A program made the translations under genes and the position numbers. A DNA stretch of 64,000 nucleotides from Octopus vulgaris (lineage: Eukaryota), in contig OX597834.1 of assembly GCA_951406725.2 (NCBI GenBank), forward strand, positions 40,796,001 through 40,860,000, written 5' to 3'. The notes beneath the pieces are model-generated. The model was not told where the DNA came from. It did no database searches and saw only the letters and a program-made list of their open reading frames with translations. Below, piece by piece: positions 63,121 through 64,000 of this stretch (within the stretch, counting starts at the first letter, position 1; each line of letters begins with the position of its first letter).

Positions 63121-64000
63121 GCCAACAATTTTAGGAGAGAGAGTGTAGTCAGCCCTATAATTCCAGCCCCTATAGCACTTCTCTGGCTGTCAATAGAGAT
63201 TGGTAGAAACACATTTACTTTGTACCAGTATTAAATGTAGAGACAATTATTGTGTAGGGCTCAAGGTCAGTACTGATTGACTCAGCCAGCAGACTTGCGA
63301 CCAACTGGACGTTCCGACCATAACCATCCAATCCTGTTTTCCTGGACTGGATTGCAAATCCAAGACTGCATTATCCAATGTGTCCTGCTTCCTTTGGAGA
63401 CAATAAGATTTGAGTTAAGAATGGTTTGGTTATTATATTTTTGCAGGTCAAGCATTATCCACTGTGTCCATTCTTTCTTCCATTGGAGGCAGTGCAATTT
63501 GGGTCAAGCATTGTTTGGCTGCTATTTTTAGCAGGTCAAGTGACCAGGTAGATGCTCACTCATTATCTCAAAATGTTGAGATGATGATGCTCTTTCACTC
63601 GGAGACCTGACTGAGTAGACCAATGATCAAAGGTGTGGGAGAAGCACTTACACCTGCTTTCCAAGTACCTGACTGTTACTTTATTTTGTCAGCAACTGGA
63701 AGCAAAGATTTTTGAATCAACAATTCAAAGAAAGGGCAGAACTAACTAAATAACAAATTTTGGCATTTTTGGCTCCGTTGAATTGGTTTTACCAGCTGTT
63801 GCACCAACAAAATAATATTTGTAACAAGACAGAAAGGTAAAAATATGAGCAAAAAACAAAGAAAATTAAAAATCCTCCTCCCCACCCCCAGCCAAAAAAA
63901 ATAAATAAAACCCAGAAAATATAAAGAAGCAAATAAAAATTTTAAAAGATTTCTTTTCGATTGCTTTCTTCTCCTGCCATTCTACCAACCAAGAAATACT

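Overview
Eukaryotic, AT-rich, repeat-dense DNA. The gene and repeat content points to a coleoid cephalopod, most likely Octopus (inference). About 0-53 kb is a tandem cluster of KRAB-less C2H2 zinc-finger genes: six open single-coding-exon arrays of 8-14 fingers (ZNF-B, C, E, F, G, H), two decayed arrays (A, D), and the promoter and exon 1 of a further paralogue lying left of the window. Comparing paralogues suggests a shared architecture: an upstream motif, a short non-coding exon 1, a 1.6-4.5 kb intron, then one large exon carrying a roughly 230-370 nt 5' UTR, an MEN(E/Q)L leader peptide and the finger array. Intergenic DNA holds tRNA-derived SINEs, LINE fragments (RTE, CR1/L2, CRE-like), mariner relics, MITEs, a Helitron end and satellites. 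The main unexplained signals are: (1) an apparently intact type I hammerhead ribozyme in a 303-nt tandem unit (retrozyme or Penelope-like) at about 41.1-41.5 kb; (2) two alternative promoter motifs at fixed distance from the exon-1 donors; (3) a 4-codon uORF created by splicing; (4) repeated independent loss of the N-terminal leader with in-frame restart codons; (5) only non-synonymous differences in a recently duplicated finger pair. Splice, promoter and TE-family calls were made by eye and have not been tested.
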